Source of the DNA: Candidatus Poseidoniaceae archaeon
GTDB lineage: Archaea; Thermoplasmatota; Poseidoniia; Poseidoniales; Poseidoniaceae
Direction of reading: 5' to 3'
NCBI GenBank assembly: GCA_964218365.1
Contig: CAXPMI010000002.1
Location: forward strand, 1-59,486
DNA: 59,486 bases
The notes under the pieces are model-generated. The model made no database searches and was not told the origin of the DNA. It saw only the letters and a list, made by a program, of their open reading frames with translations. A program made the position numbers and the translations under genes. Below, piece after piece: positions 27,463 through 37,261 of this stretch; the first letter of the stretch is position 1; each line of letters begins with the position of its first letter.

Positions 27463-30400
27463 TCACTGATTGTTGTTTACCCAATCTCTTAGGCTGTCGA
27501 TGTCCCATCCTTGGTCGAAGTAACCTTGGATGGTTGCTTGGTCCCATTGTGGGAATTCTGCCATTGCTGCAGCCATTGTTGGATCTACGCTTGCAGGCGG
27601 TGGACCGGCAGATGGAGGGCCTGCTCTTGGCAGGTCAACTAACGATTTATCGACCTCTTCCTCGTATTCGTATTCATACTCGTATGTACCGTCAGAGGAG
27701 CCTCTCCTAGCAAGTACAACCACAACTAACAGAAGTATCAGAATCAGAGTACTCAATCCAATAACTATCAGCATACCAGAGCCGGATAAGAAACCGCCAT
27801 CATCGGATGCTTCAGCGACGTTGAATGATTTAGAGAATTCTGAGCCGTTCCATAAAGGCATGTTTGATTCTGCATCTACGATGATGAAATACATACCACT
27901 GGTTGGGTTTCCGAATACCTCAAGATCTGTAACGAAGATATTCTCGGTTGTGCCCATTGCAATTTCACCGGTAGTGAAGGTTAACTCAGTTGTAGGGAAC
28001 CCGCCGTCCTTGACTGACTGAATCTCTAGCGTAATGTTGCCATCCTTTGTTCCATCATTCTTCAGAGTGATTTCTAATTCTGGCGTATCGCCGACTTCTG
28101 GGCTCTTTGGAGTCATTCTAACGTCTATGACCTTGAACGATGCTTCTTCGTAAACTAGCCTGTATTCAGAGTTATGAATTGGGATGCTTGAGTAAATTCC
28201 GCTAACGCCTTCAACTCCATCCAATCCGACAATTGGACCACCTGCTTCAATTTCCCATCCAGCAGAATCTCTACCTTCAATCCACAGTACGATGTCAATT
28301 CCAGTAAGTTGTGATTGAGTTGGGCTAACCGGGTCAGGCCACAAATCAACACAGTTTGCGCTTACTAGGTAATCTCCACCTTGGATCTTCAAATCGAGTG
28401 GAGCAGATAGTGGATTTATGCCGAACTTCTGACCAAATACTGGCCAAGTTTGGTTGGTGTCAGCATCGATGTAGTAAGACCACATTAGGTTGACTTCACC
28501 TGCAATCAGTGCAGCGTTCTCTTCGATTACTGCCTCTACGTCCACACAGTTTAGGGCTGAAGATGGCATTGTGTTACCAAAGACTTCCCCGTTCAATCCA
28601 GAACTTGCTTCCCATGAATCATCATCGATTTTTGGTTGGCTTGCATCGACCTTAATCTTGAACGAACCACAACCATTTGCACTGTTTCCATCACAAATTT
28701 GTGCGGTTGTGTCTGTTGCTCCATCTGGCAGGTTCACCAACCTGAATGTGTAGGTGTACTCGTTGTTGATTGGTGGAGCTGTGATGTTAATTGCAAACGC
28801 ACCTCCATCGATTGTATGTAGGGTTGGTCCATCTGTCTTGGAACCATCTGCACCACCTGCTGGATATGCGAAGTATCCCTTACTTCCATCCATCATTGCT
28901 TCTTGGCGTGTTATTTCAACCGTAAATTCACCTTCAGGCAGAACGTAAACTCCGAAGTTAATTCCGTCTACATAGGCGTACTGTCCTTCCATCAGAATTG
29001 TATCACTTGGGAAGACGAAAGCGACCTCAACATCTTGCGAATATGGGTAATCCATATCTGTGAATGAAGGAGTTATTCCGTTTCTGAAATCGAGTTGGAT
29101 TCCATCACTGTAAACCCAGCGCTGCTTGTGTCTGCCACCGCTTTCACTCATCAAAGACGGGTCTCTGTCCATATCCTTGATTCTGAGTTGTGGAATCATG
29201 GTCCCTCCTCCGATTCCAATAATGTCCCAATTCATTCTGATCGGCAAGTCTAGATAGAACTCATCTTCGAATGGATCAATCAAACGACCGCCATCCATTC
29301 TCAGGACCTGTGGTCCGTCGCTGTCGTCTCCTGCTTCGATGATTTCAATGTCTTCAGATTCAGTCCATGCTGTTTCGTTTCTTGGCGAGTAGTAAACAAC
29401 CATGTCATCGGGACCTAAGTCGATTTGGAAGTAGTTGATATCTCTCCATCCGTTTTCATCTGTCGCTTCTACAATTAGGTGGTATTGGTTACCAGCATAC
29501 ATTGTCATGTTCCAAGGTCCTTGGTAGAAAGGAGCTCCCTCGCTAGGATTGTGAAGGCGGTTTCTATCAGAATCTTCTATGAAGAAATTTCTGATGTTAG
29601 GAGTCTTTGCATCCATTGAAACGTATGTAACCAAATCGTTGTCAAATCCTGCCATTCCGCCATCGATTGGATTTCCACCGATGTCAGTTCCTTCGACATA
29701 GATACTAACCTTGCCAGGTGGAATTTGTCCCTTATTTGCGTCATCGCTGAAGGTTCCAGAGTAGTTTGCAGTTGGTAGGTTACCATCGCTGTATATTGTC
29801 AAAATTGCATACTCATCAGGGTCGGCAATTCCATCCATATCTGCATCGTGGTCATACTCGACCCAGTAGTACATGTCTAGACTTGTTGGAGGCTCTGGTA
29901 TGTCCTGAGCGAGAACTCTAACCTTCTGCTGAGCGCTTGGAAGAACCCATGTATCATCGACTAGGTTTCTCCAGTTCGACCAAATAGACTGGTCAAAGTT
30001 CGCTGCTTTCAATACAGAGATGTTGATTAGAGTAGGTGAATAAGTATCGATTGATAGATTGAAAGGTATCGCACAATCAGAATCCGAAACTATTGGTGCA
30101 GGAGGACATAGAGTATCTCCGCCTTCATATCCGTCAATCATGAAGCGGTATGTCGCTTCACCTGCTGCTGTTGAGCCAAGGTCAACATCCCAGTCAAAGT
30201 CGCCACCAATAACACCAGATTTGTTTGAAATTTCAATCCACTCTGAGACAACTGTACCGTTCACGGTTTGGACGTCCCAGCGCTGTAAAGACAAATTGTA
30301 GGCTGTTGGATCTGGGGCTACATCCAGACCTTCGAGTCTGATACTTCCCATTAGGTTGATGTTTTGGTTTGACGTTGCAGCTGTCAAATCCTGCAAATCA

Positions 30401-33291
30401 CCTGCATCATTTCGCAACTCAAAGGCGGAAATCATAGCATCATTTTCTATAGCGTTTCCATTTGCAGGAGCAAGAACGACTGCACCTGGTAAACCATTAA
30501 CTCCGTTGTCTGCAATAAAGTTCGCATAAATTCTGAGCTCAGGTGTATCTTCCCAGGCAGTGTTTACTCTGAATCTCCAAGTAACGTGCATTTCGTCTCC
30601 GACCTCAGTGTAAGATGATGATTCCATTGTAACCAAGTTGTCAGGGTCATACGCTTCATTGAAGAGTGTAAGTTCTGAGAAAGATAGTTCAACTAAACCA
30701 CTGGATGATTCCATCCTAAGCCTTGCCTCTGCAAATGCTGCATTTGTTGAGGAGTCAATACTGTGAATTGACTTCACTTCTATAATGTCACCATTAGGGT
30801 ACAGACCTGCTGGGTTACCGGTAATGGAAATGGATGAGTCATATCCGGGTGCGGTGGCAATTGAGAGGTCAGAAAGCATAACTGCTCCTCCGGAGCTAGC
30901 ACTAAGGGCAATTGGTACTGCAACTTGAGCACCGCTACCTAATGCGACACCTTGATTCAACTCTCTGTCGAAGTTTTCTGCAGCTCCGAATGTTGTTTCC
31001 CAGTCGTATATAATGTCAAGGTCTCCGACACTAACCTGTGTACCACTGGAGGCATTTTGGTTAGAAACCTTGAACTGGAAAGTTGCCCATTCGTTACCGT
31101 ACGCATCAATGTATGATGCTTGTAGTAGCGGATTGTTCATTAGAGAATTAATTGCATCCTTGAAAGCTATTCTTGGATACATTGTCTCGTGTGCTAAAAT
31201 TGACTGATTTGGCATTGTACCCAGAGCGACAACTTGGCCGCTTGCCACAAGTGAAAGATCGAATGCACCTGCTGTATTGTTGTAAAGAACTACGTCTGCT
31301 AGATTGATGTCTGAACCTATTGGAAGCATGAATCCAGCGCCGGTAGCCTCTCCGTTGATATTCAGAGTTAGTGTTGAGTCATCCATGCCATAGTTGATCC
31401 CATCTACTGCTCCTGCCCAGAAGACTGTTTGGCGTCCAAATGCACCGAATGCTGGTTCATTCATTGCCCATTCAATATCGCCGTCGTTAGCAATATCGAG
31501 TTCTACTCCTGATGAACTGTGACCGAATTCCAAGTCAAACCATAACTCTGACATGTCACATGGATTGTTGTAAAATAGAATCGCTGAGAACCCGAATATT
31601 GGGTTATCAGGCACCCACTTTTGTCCAACGGTCACGTTTTGAACCGTTTCGTCTCGAAGAGTCAACTCGATGGTTGGGTTTTCTGCACAGTTGTCTATTA
31701 CCACTGGTGTAATACCCAATATTGGCTGAGAGAACTTAGTTCTTGGAATAGGCGGATTGTAAGAGTAATCCAAAATTGATGGCTCGTAAATTATTGGTTC
31801 AGCACCTCCTTGAGAGTACCAAACACCATCAGTTATCGATGGACTACTGATTACGTTAGTATCATTGAGACCTGTTCCTATTCTGGTTCCGATTGTGATA
31901 CCATGCAGAACCGCAGTGGATAATTTGTATTGCCCTGTGTCGAAATCAAAACGCAAATCAATCACAGGATATTCTGAGGCATCAATGCCCCATAGTTCGA
32001 TAATTGGCCCCTCAAGGTTGGTTACTTGATTACCGTCTCTGTCCACAACAACTTCAGTTGTTCCTCCCCTCAGGGCAGTAACCTTCAGAGAGTTGGTTGA
32101 AGTTGTTTCTTGCTCAAGTGTTAGGATTCCATATCCATCAGGGAAACCAGGATTTGGATTCTGCTTTGGAGTGAATCCCTTCACTGTCATCCATCCAGAC
32201 TGAGGAAGGGGGTTACCCATTCGGAAATCGTCGATAAACCAACCAGGCATTGTTATGTTTTCTGGGATACCATTACCAGAATTATGCTTCAACACGAACT
32301 TTATCTGCACATATTTTCCTGCGTGGGATTGCAGATTTACAGCCATGTCTGCCCAACCGTCAGGATTGAGTGTAGGGTGGGTAGATTCTCCACCCAAAGC
32401 GTAATCATTTCCTGATAGCGCATCACAAGATTGTATCTTACCATTTCCAAATCCGACTGGATACAAGCCATTTACATATCCAACTCCAGAAGAATTAGCA
32501 ACGTCGAAAGGAATGTAGCTCCATGAAGACAACTGGTCAACCGGTGGGAAGTTGGTGGGTGCTGATGAATTTCTGACCATTAGGTAACCACAGTCGTAAT
32601 AGGTTTTAGTTGGGTTAGAACCGGGGTTGGATAGGTTCCAATGCATGCCGTGCCAACTAGAGAAACGAGCGATAAACGCGCCTGGGTCAACTTCCATTGC
32701 AGGAGATACCAAACTGGTTGAGTATGCACCATTGTCGTCGGTTGTATAATCATTATCGAAATCGTACATGTTTGTACCCCAGCATTCGTTACCTGTGTTA
32801 CAATTGTCATTGAGAACCGTTCCGTCTCCTAGAGACCCATGTTCCCAACCGGGAGATGTCATCAACGGAGGAGAGGTTGCATCACTGAATCCACCGTTTG
32901 TTCTTTCAAAGTCTGTGGAATAACCACCGCTAACAAGACTCACGGTGTCTTGTGTGTAAGTGAAATCGCTTTGTGTTGAGAATTCTGTTTGTTGATTATT
33001 GTAGAATGGATCCCAAACGTATTCGGCGCTCTCAGAGTTGATTGTTGTGTAGGTTTCATGGGTAGCCATATCGGTTGAAATCTTCATGCTAGCACTTGTA
33101 ACCGTGTCACCTGATGGGAGATTTACTGTTCCGTCGACTAAGTTTGTATAATCTGGGCTGTCTCTAACTTCGACAGTTACCTCACTTTCTCCACCACTGA
33201 ATGTACTAACATTTACTGCTCCAGCCATGGGTGAAATAATCATCAAAACCGAGAATACCATAGCGGTAATTGCACTCTTATTGTCTTTCAT
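27463..33291 (-). CDS. Very large (1942 aa) cell-surface protein with C-terminal CARDB-like domain and TM anchor
   Basis: Signal peptide; acidic beta-rich sequence with many N-x-S/T sequons; TPKSPEVGD..ITLKNDG domain; TM; WDQATIQGYFDQGW tail. Confidence 0.85.
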   Translation of the reverse strand: MKDNKSAITAMVFSVLMIISPMAGAVNVSTFSGGESEVTVEVRDSPDYTNLVDGTVNLPSGDTVTSASMKISTDMATHETYTTINSESAEYVWDPFYNNQQTEFSTQSDFTYTQDTVSLVSGGYSTDFERTNGGFSDATSPPLMTSPGWEHGSLGDGTVLNDNCNTGNECWGTNMYDFDNDYTTDDNGAYSTSLVSPAMEVDPGAFIARFSSWHGMHWNLSNPGSNPTKTYYDCGYLMVRNSSAPTNFPPVDQLSSWSYIPFDVANSSGVGYVNGLYPVGFGNGKIQSCDALSGNDYALGGESTHPTLNPDGWADMAVNLQSHAGKYVQIKFVLKHNSGNGIPENITMPGWFIDDFRMGNPLPQSGWMTVKGFTPKQNPNPGFPDGYGILTLEQETTSTNSLKVTALRGGTTEVVVDRDGNQVTNLEGPIIELWGIDASEYPVIDLRFDFDTGQYKLSTAVLHGITIGTRIGTGLNDTNVISSPSITDGVWYSQGGAEPIIYEPSILDYSYNPPIPRTKFSQPILGITPVVIDNCAENPTIELTLRDETVQNVTVGQKWVPDNPIFGFSAILFYNNPCDMSELWFDLEFGHSSSGVELDIANDGDIEWAMNEPAFGAFGRQTVFWAGAVDGINYGMDDSTLTLNINGEATGAGFMLPIGSDINLADVVLYNNTAGAFDLSLVASGQVVALGTMPNQSILAHETMYPRIAFKDAINSLMNNPLLQASYIDAYGNEWATFQFKVSNQNASSGTQVSVGDLDIIYDWETTFGAAENFDRELNQGVALGSGAQVAVPIALSASSGGAVMLSDLSIATAPGYDSSISITGNPAGLYPNGDIIEVKSIHSIDSSTNAAFAEARLRMESSSGLVELSFSELTLFNEAYDPDNLVTMESSSYTEVGDEMHVTWRFRVNTAWEDTPELRIYANFIADNGVNGLPGAVVLAPANGNAIENDAMISAFELRNDAGDLQDLTAATSNQNINLMGSIRLEGLDVAPDPTAYNLSLQRWDVQTVNGTVVSEWIEISNKSGVIGGDFDWDVDLGSTAAGEATYRFMIDGYEGGDTLCPPAPIVSDSDCAIPFNLSIDTYSPTLINISVLKAANFDQSIWSNWRNLVDDTWVLPSAQQKVRVLAQDIPEPPTSLDMYYWVEYDHDADMDGIADPDEYAILTIYSDGNLPTANYSGTFSDDANKGQIPPGKVSIYVEGTDIGGNPIDGGMAGFDNDLVTYVSMDAKTPNIRNFFIEDSDRNRLHNPSEGAPFYQGPWNMTMYAGNQYHLIVEATDENGWRDINYFQIDLGPDDMVVYYSPRNETAWTESEDIEIIEAGDDSDGPQVLRMDGGRLIDPFEDEFYLDLPIRMNWDIIGIGGGTMIPQLRIKDMDRDPSLMSESGGRHKQRWVYSDGIQLDFRNGITPSFTDMDYPYSQDVEVAFVFPSDTILMEGQYAYVDGINFGVYVLPEGEFTVEITRQEAMMDGSKGYFAYPAGGADGSKTDGPTLHTIDGGAFAINITAPPINNEYTYTFRLVNLPDGATDTTAQICDGNSANGCGSFKIKVDASQPKIDDDSWEASSGLNGEVFGNTMPSSALNCVDVEAVIEENAALIAGEVNLMWSYYIDADTNQTWPVFGQKFGINPLSAPLDLKIQGGDYLVSANCVDLWPDPVSPTQSQLTGIDIVLWIEGRDSAGWEIEAGGPIVGLDGVEGVSGIYSSIPIHNSEYRLVYEEASFKVIDVRMTPKSPEVGDTPELEITLKNDGTKDGNITLEIQSVKDGGFPTTELTFTTGEIAMGTTENIFVTDLEVFGNPTSGMYFIIVDAESNMPLWNGSEFSKSFNVAEASDDGGFLSGSGMLIVIGLSTLILILLLVVVVLARRGSSDGTYEYEYEYEEEVDKSLVDLPRAGPPSAGPPPASVDPTMAAAMAEFPQWDQATIQGYFDQGWDIDSLRDWVNNNQ

Positions 33292-33304
33292 TGGGCTACC
33301 CTCT

Positions 33305-33320
33305 TTGCCTACGGAGGCAA
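33305..33320. promoter_or_regulatory. Inverted repeat just upstream of the surface-protein start
   Basis: TTGCCT-ACGG-AGGCAA, 13 nt upstream of the ATG. Confidence 0.3.
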
Positions 33321-33355
33321 GTTAGGCATAAAAGACCGACGGGAGTGTGAGCAAA

Positions 33356-33383
33356 CGGGTTCCCCCCTTTAGGGGGGGACCCG
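33356..33383. terminator. GC-rich hairpin after the thiI-like stop
   Basis: CGGGTTCCCCCC-TTTA-GGGGGGGACCCG, 12-bp stem. Confidence 0.5.
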
Positions 33384-33389
33384 AAAGGT

Positions 33390-34055
33390 TCACAAATTGA
33401 CGATTCTCAATTTCGAATAACAATCCTTAGCAAGGTGCTGCAAGCCACCCACTCTCTCTTCTGACCTCTCGAGCCACTCCTTGTTTGCTACAGTTGTTGG
33501 TTTACTTGGACCAAGGGCGTCGCAAATCTCAGGACCTTCACTGATTTCTAGGGTTCCAATCTCTCTCGCCATTGTCATGATATCCACTTTGTCGAAAGCC
33601 AATAGTGGTCGGAGAGGTATGAGATCTGATGCTATCTCAATCCCACCAAGGTTGCCCAAAGTTTGACTGGAAACCTGTCCCAGATTTTCACCTGTGAGCA
33701 AATGAGTTGCTTCTATCTCGTGGCCTCTGATTGTGGCTATGGAACTGAACAGTCTCTTCATGTGTATGAAATATTCAGTATGATTCCATTTTTCAGTGAA
33801 TAATGCTAACTTTTCAGCTACTGGTACAACCACTAACTCTCTTGACAAATTTTCACGAGCTGCATCTCCAAGTGGCCCTTCAAGTGCTAGTAAATATCGA
33901 AGTAGAGTAACGGTTTTTTCTTCTGGAGCAGGACCAGTTATGGGTTCTTGTGATGCATGAACAGGATGTATTTTCCAGCCTTTCATCAACATACGTGCAA
34001 CCGCAACAGGGGAATCGATTCCGCCGCTAACAAGTGCGACGCAAACTCCCGACAT
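33390..34055 (-). CDS. thiI: ThiI-like PP-loop tRNA sulfurtransferase catalytic domain (no THUMP)
   Basis: SGGIDSPVA, TGENLGQVSSQTL, LRPLLAFDK and IGTLEIS motifs; only 221 aa. Confidence 0.75.
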   Translation of the reverse strand: MSGVCVALVSGGIDSPVAVARMLMKGWKIHPVHASQEPITGPAPEEKTVTLLRYLLALEGPLGDAARENLSRELVVVPVAEKLALFTEKWNHTEYFIHMKRLFSSIATIRGHEIEATHLLTGENLGQVSSQTLGNLGGIEIASDLIPLRPLLAFDKVDIMTMAREIGTLEISEGPEICDALGPSKPTTVANKEWLERSEERVGGLQHLAKDCYSKLRIVNL

Positions 34056-34148
34056 GATTGCCTCGTAAAATCGGCAACACATCAATTCATAGGATAGGAG
34101 GGTGATATTGCACATGGATTGAAGATGTATAGGTGTGTAGGAGTATAC

Positions 34149-34613
34149 ATGGAACCCTTCAGTACTGAACCTGTGACCCTTATCGAAGAGGTATTTCCTC
34201 AAGACACAAATGCCTACAACACACTGTTTGGAGGTAGATTACTCTCCCTTATGGACAAGGCCGCAGGTATTGTATGTGCTAAATTCGCACACAGAGAATT
34301 CGTAACAATTTCAATCGATACATTGGAATTCAAGGCACCGGCAAGACAGGGAGACTTGATCGAGGTAACCGCAAAGATCGTTTTCACTTCAAATAGGACT
34401 GCGTGTGCAAGAGTCACAGCATGGGCAATGAACAAATCTGATTGGTCTAAGACAGAAATTTGTGATGGCTACTTTTTCATGGTTGCAATAGACTCAATGA
34501 TGCGCCCAATCCCTATTCCACAATTCACTCCAGTTTCAGATGAAGAAAAGGAAGACTGGATTGCGGCAAAGGCAATTAGAGATCACATGATTTCTCAGAA
34601 GAAGAAGAAGTGA
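34149..34613 (+). CDS. Hotdog-fold acyl-CoA thioesterase (YciA type)
   Basis: VFPQDTN..NTLFGGRLL..MD, VTISID..FKAP...GD and FFMVAID motifs. Confidence 0.88.
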   Translation: MEPFSTEPVTLIEEVFPQDTNAYNTLFGGRLLSLMDKAAGIVCAKFAHREFVTISIDTLEFKAPARQGDLIEVTAKIVFTSNRTACARVTAWAMNKSDWSKTEICDGYFFMVAIDSMMRPIPIPQFTPVSDEEKEDWIAAKAIRDHMISQKKKK

Positions 34614-34614
34614 T

Positions 34615-36123
34615 TCAATCATCAATTCTTGGAATTGATTCAACGTTCTCAGTTCTCTTTTTTTCTGTACTTACACAATCGGAGAAACTTGTTGGGATAT
34701 CTGGCTTTGGAGCGATGTGCGACAGCATGTGGTCTAGTTCTTCGTCGCTAACACTGCCACCATTGCTCTTTGCGAGGTTTTGAATCGATTCTGCGACTTG
34801 AGACTGACGATTGCTCTCAGACTGTAACCTCAGTGAATCAGTGGTTCTAGAGCGACCACGGAAAATTCTCTTGGAAATTCTGCTCGCTCTCCCCAAGGTT
34901 GGACTTACTAATTCAGCGATAACAGAGCGGCCGCGTAGAGATGCTGTTGTGGACTTCCGAACCCTCAAACGGTTGGTTTTGGGCTTCGCCACCAATTTAC
35001 TCATCTTTGGATAGCGTTCCCTCGGACTTTCAATCTCTTCAGGGATAATCTCTGCCTCGAGGGGGACATCCCTTCTTGCGGATGCAACAAGAGATGGGGC
35101 TTCCTCTATCTCCTCAGTAGGCTGAAGAGGCGTGTCCGGAGAGGAAAACATCTCAGGCGTCGAGTATGGAACGTGTGCGCCATTAGCTCCTACGAAAGAA
35201 GGAAGGAAGTCGCTTGGAGGTGGCGTTGGTTGCGGCTGCGTTTGCTGATTGAAAGAGTGCGTTTGCCCATTTTGATTAAGCATTCCATAAGATGGCATGC
35301 CAGTAGGGGTTGCTCGATGAACTTGGTTGTAAACCGGTTGCTGTGGAGGTTCTTGCCAACCGTTTTGCATCACTTGATTTCTCTGAGTGAATAAGTTGGC
35401 TTTTGAACGGGCAAGCAGACCTTCTGAAATCTGTGGATCTTCGATTACTTCATCTTCCCATCCGGGTATATCCAAATCGTTGATCACCGTAGCCGGACTT
35501 TCAAGTTCTGCATCAAGTATTTCTTCATCCATTTCCATTGCATCAATGAAGTGGTTTATCACTGCAGAAGGGAATAGTTCAATCGGTTCAGGAACCACTT
35601 CAAGTTCTTCGCTATTGACCGAGCGAGGATAATCAGAATCGCTAACTATGCTGTCTACACTCGCTTTTGCTGCCTCAAGAGACATTCCATCCTGTAGTCT
35701 TTTGATTAACGCACAAAGCCTCATTATCGACAAATCTGGACCGAATACTACGTGGCAGTCATCCGCATTTGTATCAATAATCAAAGTTGGCTGTTTAGTA
35801 AAATAGTGAGCTGCAGATAGAACAATTCCAGCAGCACCAAGAAGGGCCTGAATCTTCCCGGTCACTCCTCGCCAAGCGACCCAAACGAGGATTAAACCAA
35901 CAACAGCAAGCCATCCCGGTACAAGATTTGTGTCATGATGGTGAACTCTCCTAATCGCATTCAAACGAATGTCGAGAGCGTGTCCATTTCTAGACTCAAA
36001 TGAGACCTGGTTCTCGTTTAAGGTCGCCCTGACCTTACCGCGAACTCCGCCCAGCGACAACGAGCGGAATTTTATCCCCACTCCATTGACACCGAGCCCC
36101 TCTGGCCTCGTGTCCATACGCAT
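34615..36123 (-). CDS. Hypothetical membrane protein with long disordered C-terminus
   Basis: 502-aa ORF, two TM helices near the N-terminus, Pro/Gln/Glu-rich region. Confidence 0.75.
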   Translation of the reverse strand: MRMDTRPEGLGVNGVGIKFRSLSLGGVRGKVRATLNENQVSFESRNGHALDIRLNAIRRVHHHDTNLVPGWLAVVGLILVWVAWRGVTGKIQALLGAAGIVLSAAHYFTKQPTLIIDTNADDCHVVFGPDLSIMRLCALIKRLQDGMSLEAAKASVDSIVSDSDYPRSVNSEELEVVPEPIELFPSAVINHFIDAMEMDEEILDAELESPATVINDLDIPGWEDEVIEDPQISEGLLARSKANLFTQRNQVMQNGWQEPPQQPVYNQVHRATPTGMPSYGMLNQNGQTHSFNQQTQPQPTPPPSDFLPSFVGANGAHVPYSTPEMFSSPDTPLQPTEEIEEAPSLVASARRDVPLEAEIIPEEIESPRERYPKMSKLVAKPKTNRLRVRKSTTASLRGRSVIAELVSPTLGRASRISKRIFRGRSRTTDSLRLQSESNRQSQVAESIQNLAKSNGGSVSDEELDHMLSHIAPKPDIPTSFSDCVSTEKKRTENVESIPRIDD

Positions 36124-36168
36124 CCCGAACCAACGAAGAGGAACCCGAGGTTATGAACCCACCGTTTT

Positions 36169-36185
36169 CCCCTCCTATGGAGGGG
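36169..36185. terminator. C/G-run hairpin after the SelB-like gene
   Basis: CCCCTCC-TAT-GGAGGGG, followed by palindrome CCAATATTGG. Confidence 0.35.
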
Positions 36186-36202
36186 CCAATATTGGAGGTG
36201 TC

Positions 36203-37222
36203 TCAAGATAGCCGAGTTAACTTTGCACTTCCCATAATTCTAGGCTTAGAATCAAGTTGTGCTAACAGAACAACAGGAGGGTTTTCCTTCCTGATGAATA
36301 ATGGCGAATCCCAAGCTACTTCAAGGCCTGAATCTATCGATTCTACTCTTCCAACCACAAATTGGAGGTCCACGCTAGCGTGTACGACATCACCAACTGC
36401 CAAGACTCTCTTTTGGAAAGGAGAAACACTCAGCTCGATTGAGCTCTTATCGTGCTTTTCAAGACAAAGTGGAATTGAGATTCCTTTGTTCTTATCCTCT
36501 ACAGCAGGATGGGTTACTAGTGAGCCGCCTGTGAGGTGTTCTTCCTTTGTGTTCCTTAATGCAATTCCGACTCGATCTCCAGCGACTGCTTGCTCGACAT
36601 CATCGTCCATGACCTGAAGACTCTTCACAGTACCAGGGCCTTCCGCAGGTAGGAGATGTAACTCATCATGAACAGATACCGAACCGGATTGCACATATCC
36701 AATCGCAACCAATCCGATACCTTTCACGTTGAAGTGTTGGTCGATTGGAACAACTAACGGTTCTTGCTTTGCAGACTCCAAATCCCCTGAAATCTCATCC
36801 ATCAAACCATACAATGCATCCCTAAGTTCGATACCGTCAGTTCCGCCTTGTTTCCAAGATGAAAGTCCTGCTTGAGCGATGAATGCTTTGACTTGGTCTT
36901 CATCTATCCATTCTCCTTGAGGTGGATTAATTACGAATATTCCTTTGTTGATACCTGCTGATGCGAATCCAACCAAGACCTCACCAAATGTGGCATCGAT
37001 TGCGCTAACTTCGATTAAACCGACTCTTGCAGCACAAAGTGAGTTGAAAAATGGACGAATTCTTTCAGGCATTTTTGCCGGTCTAATTATTGATAAGATT
37101 CTAGGACCATTGGCTCCTGATTCTTTGTGCACGTAAGTGTGGACATCCCTTTGGTCGGTTGCTTTAGCTATTGCTTTAGCCAAATCGTCGCTCCCAATCA
37201 TAGCGATGTTCAGTACTGTCAT
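36203..37222 (-). CDS. Archaeal SelB-like / EF-Tu-domain protein (degenerate G domain)
   Basis: VPIDQHFNVKGIGLV.IG.V..G and VKSLQV.D...AGDRVGIALR domain II motifs; no intact P-loop. Confidence 0.8.
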   Translation of the reverse strand: MTVLNIAMIGSDDLAKAIAKATDQRDVHTYVHKESGANGPRILSIIRPAKMPERIRPFFNSLCAARVGLIEVSAIDATFGEVLVGFASAGINKGIFVINPPQGEWIDEDQVKAFIAQAGLSSWKQGGTDGIELRDALYGLMDEISGDLESAKQEPLVVPIDQHFNVKGIGLVAIGYVQSGSVSVHDELHLLPAEGPGTVKSLQVMDDDVEQAVAGDRVGIALRNTKEEHLTGGSLVTHPAVEDKNKGISIPLCLEKHDKSSIELSVSPFQKRVLAVGDVVHASVDLQFVVGRVESIDSGLEVAWDSPLFIRKENPPVVLLAQLDSKPRIMGSAKLTRLS

Positions 37223-37261
37223 GGTCGGGCCAGAAAGGGCACGTTCTTGAGCATAGTGCAA

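Noticed and set aside
36203-37222. Selenocysteine machinery (selB)
   Set aside because: G domain is degenerate, and no tRNA-Sec or sel genes are present; fits the archaeal SelB-like family
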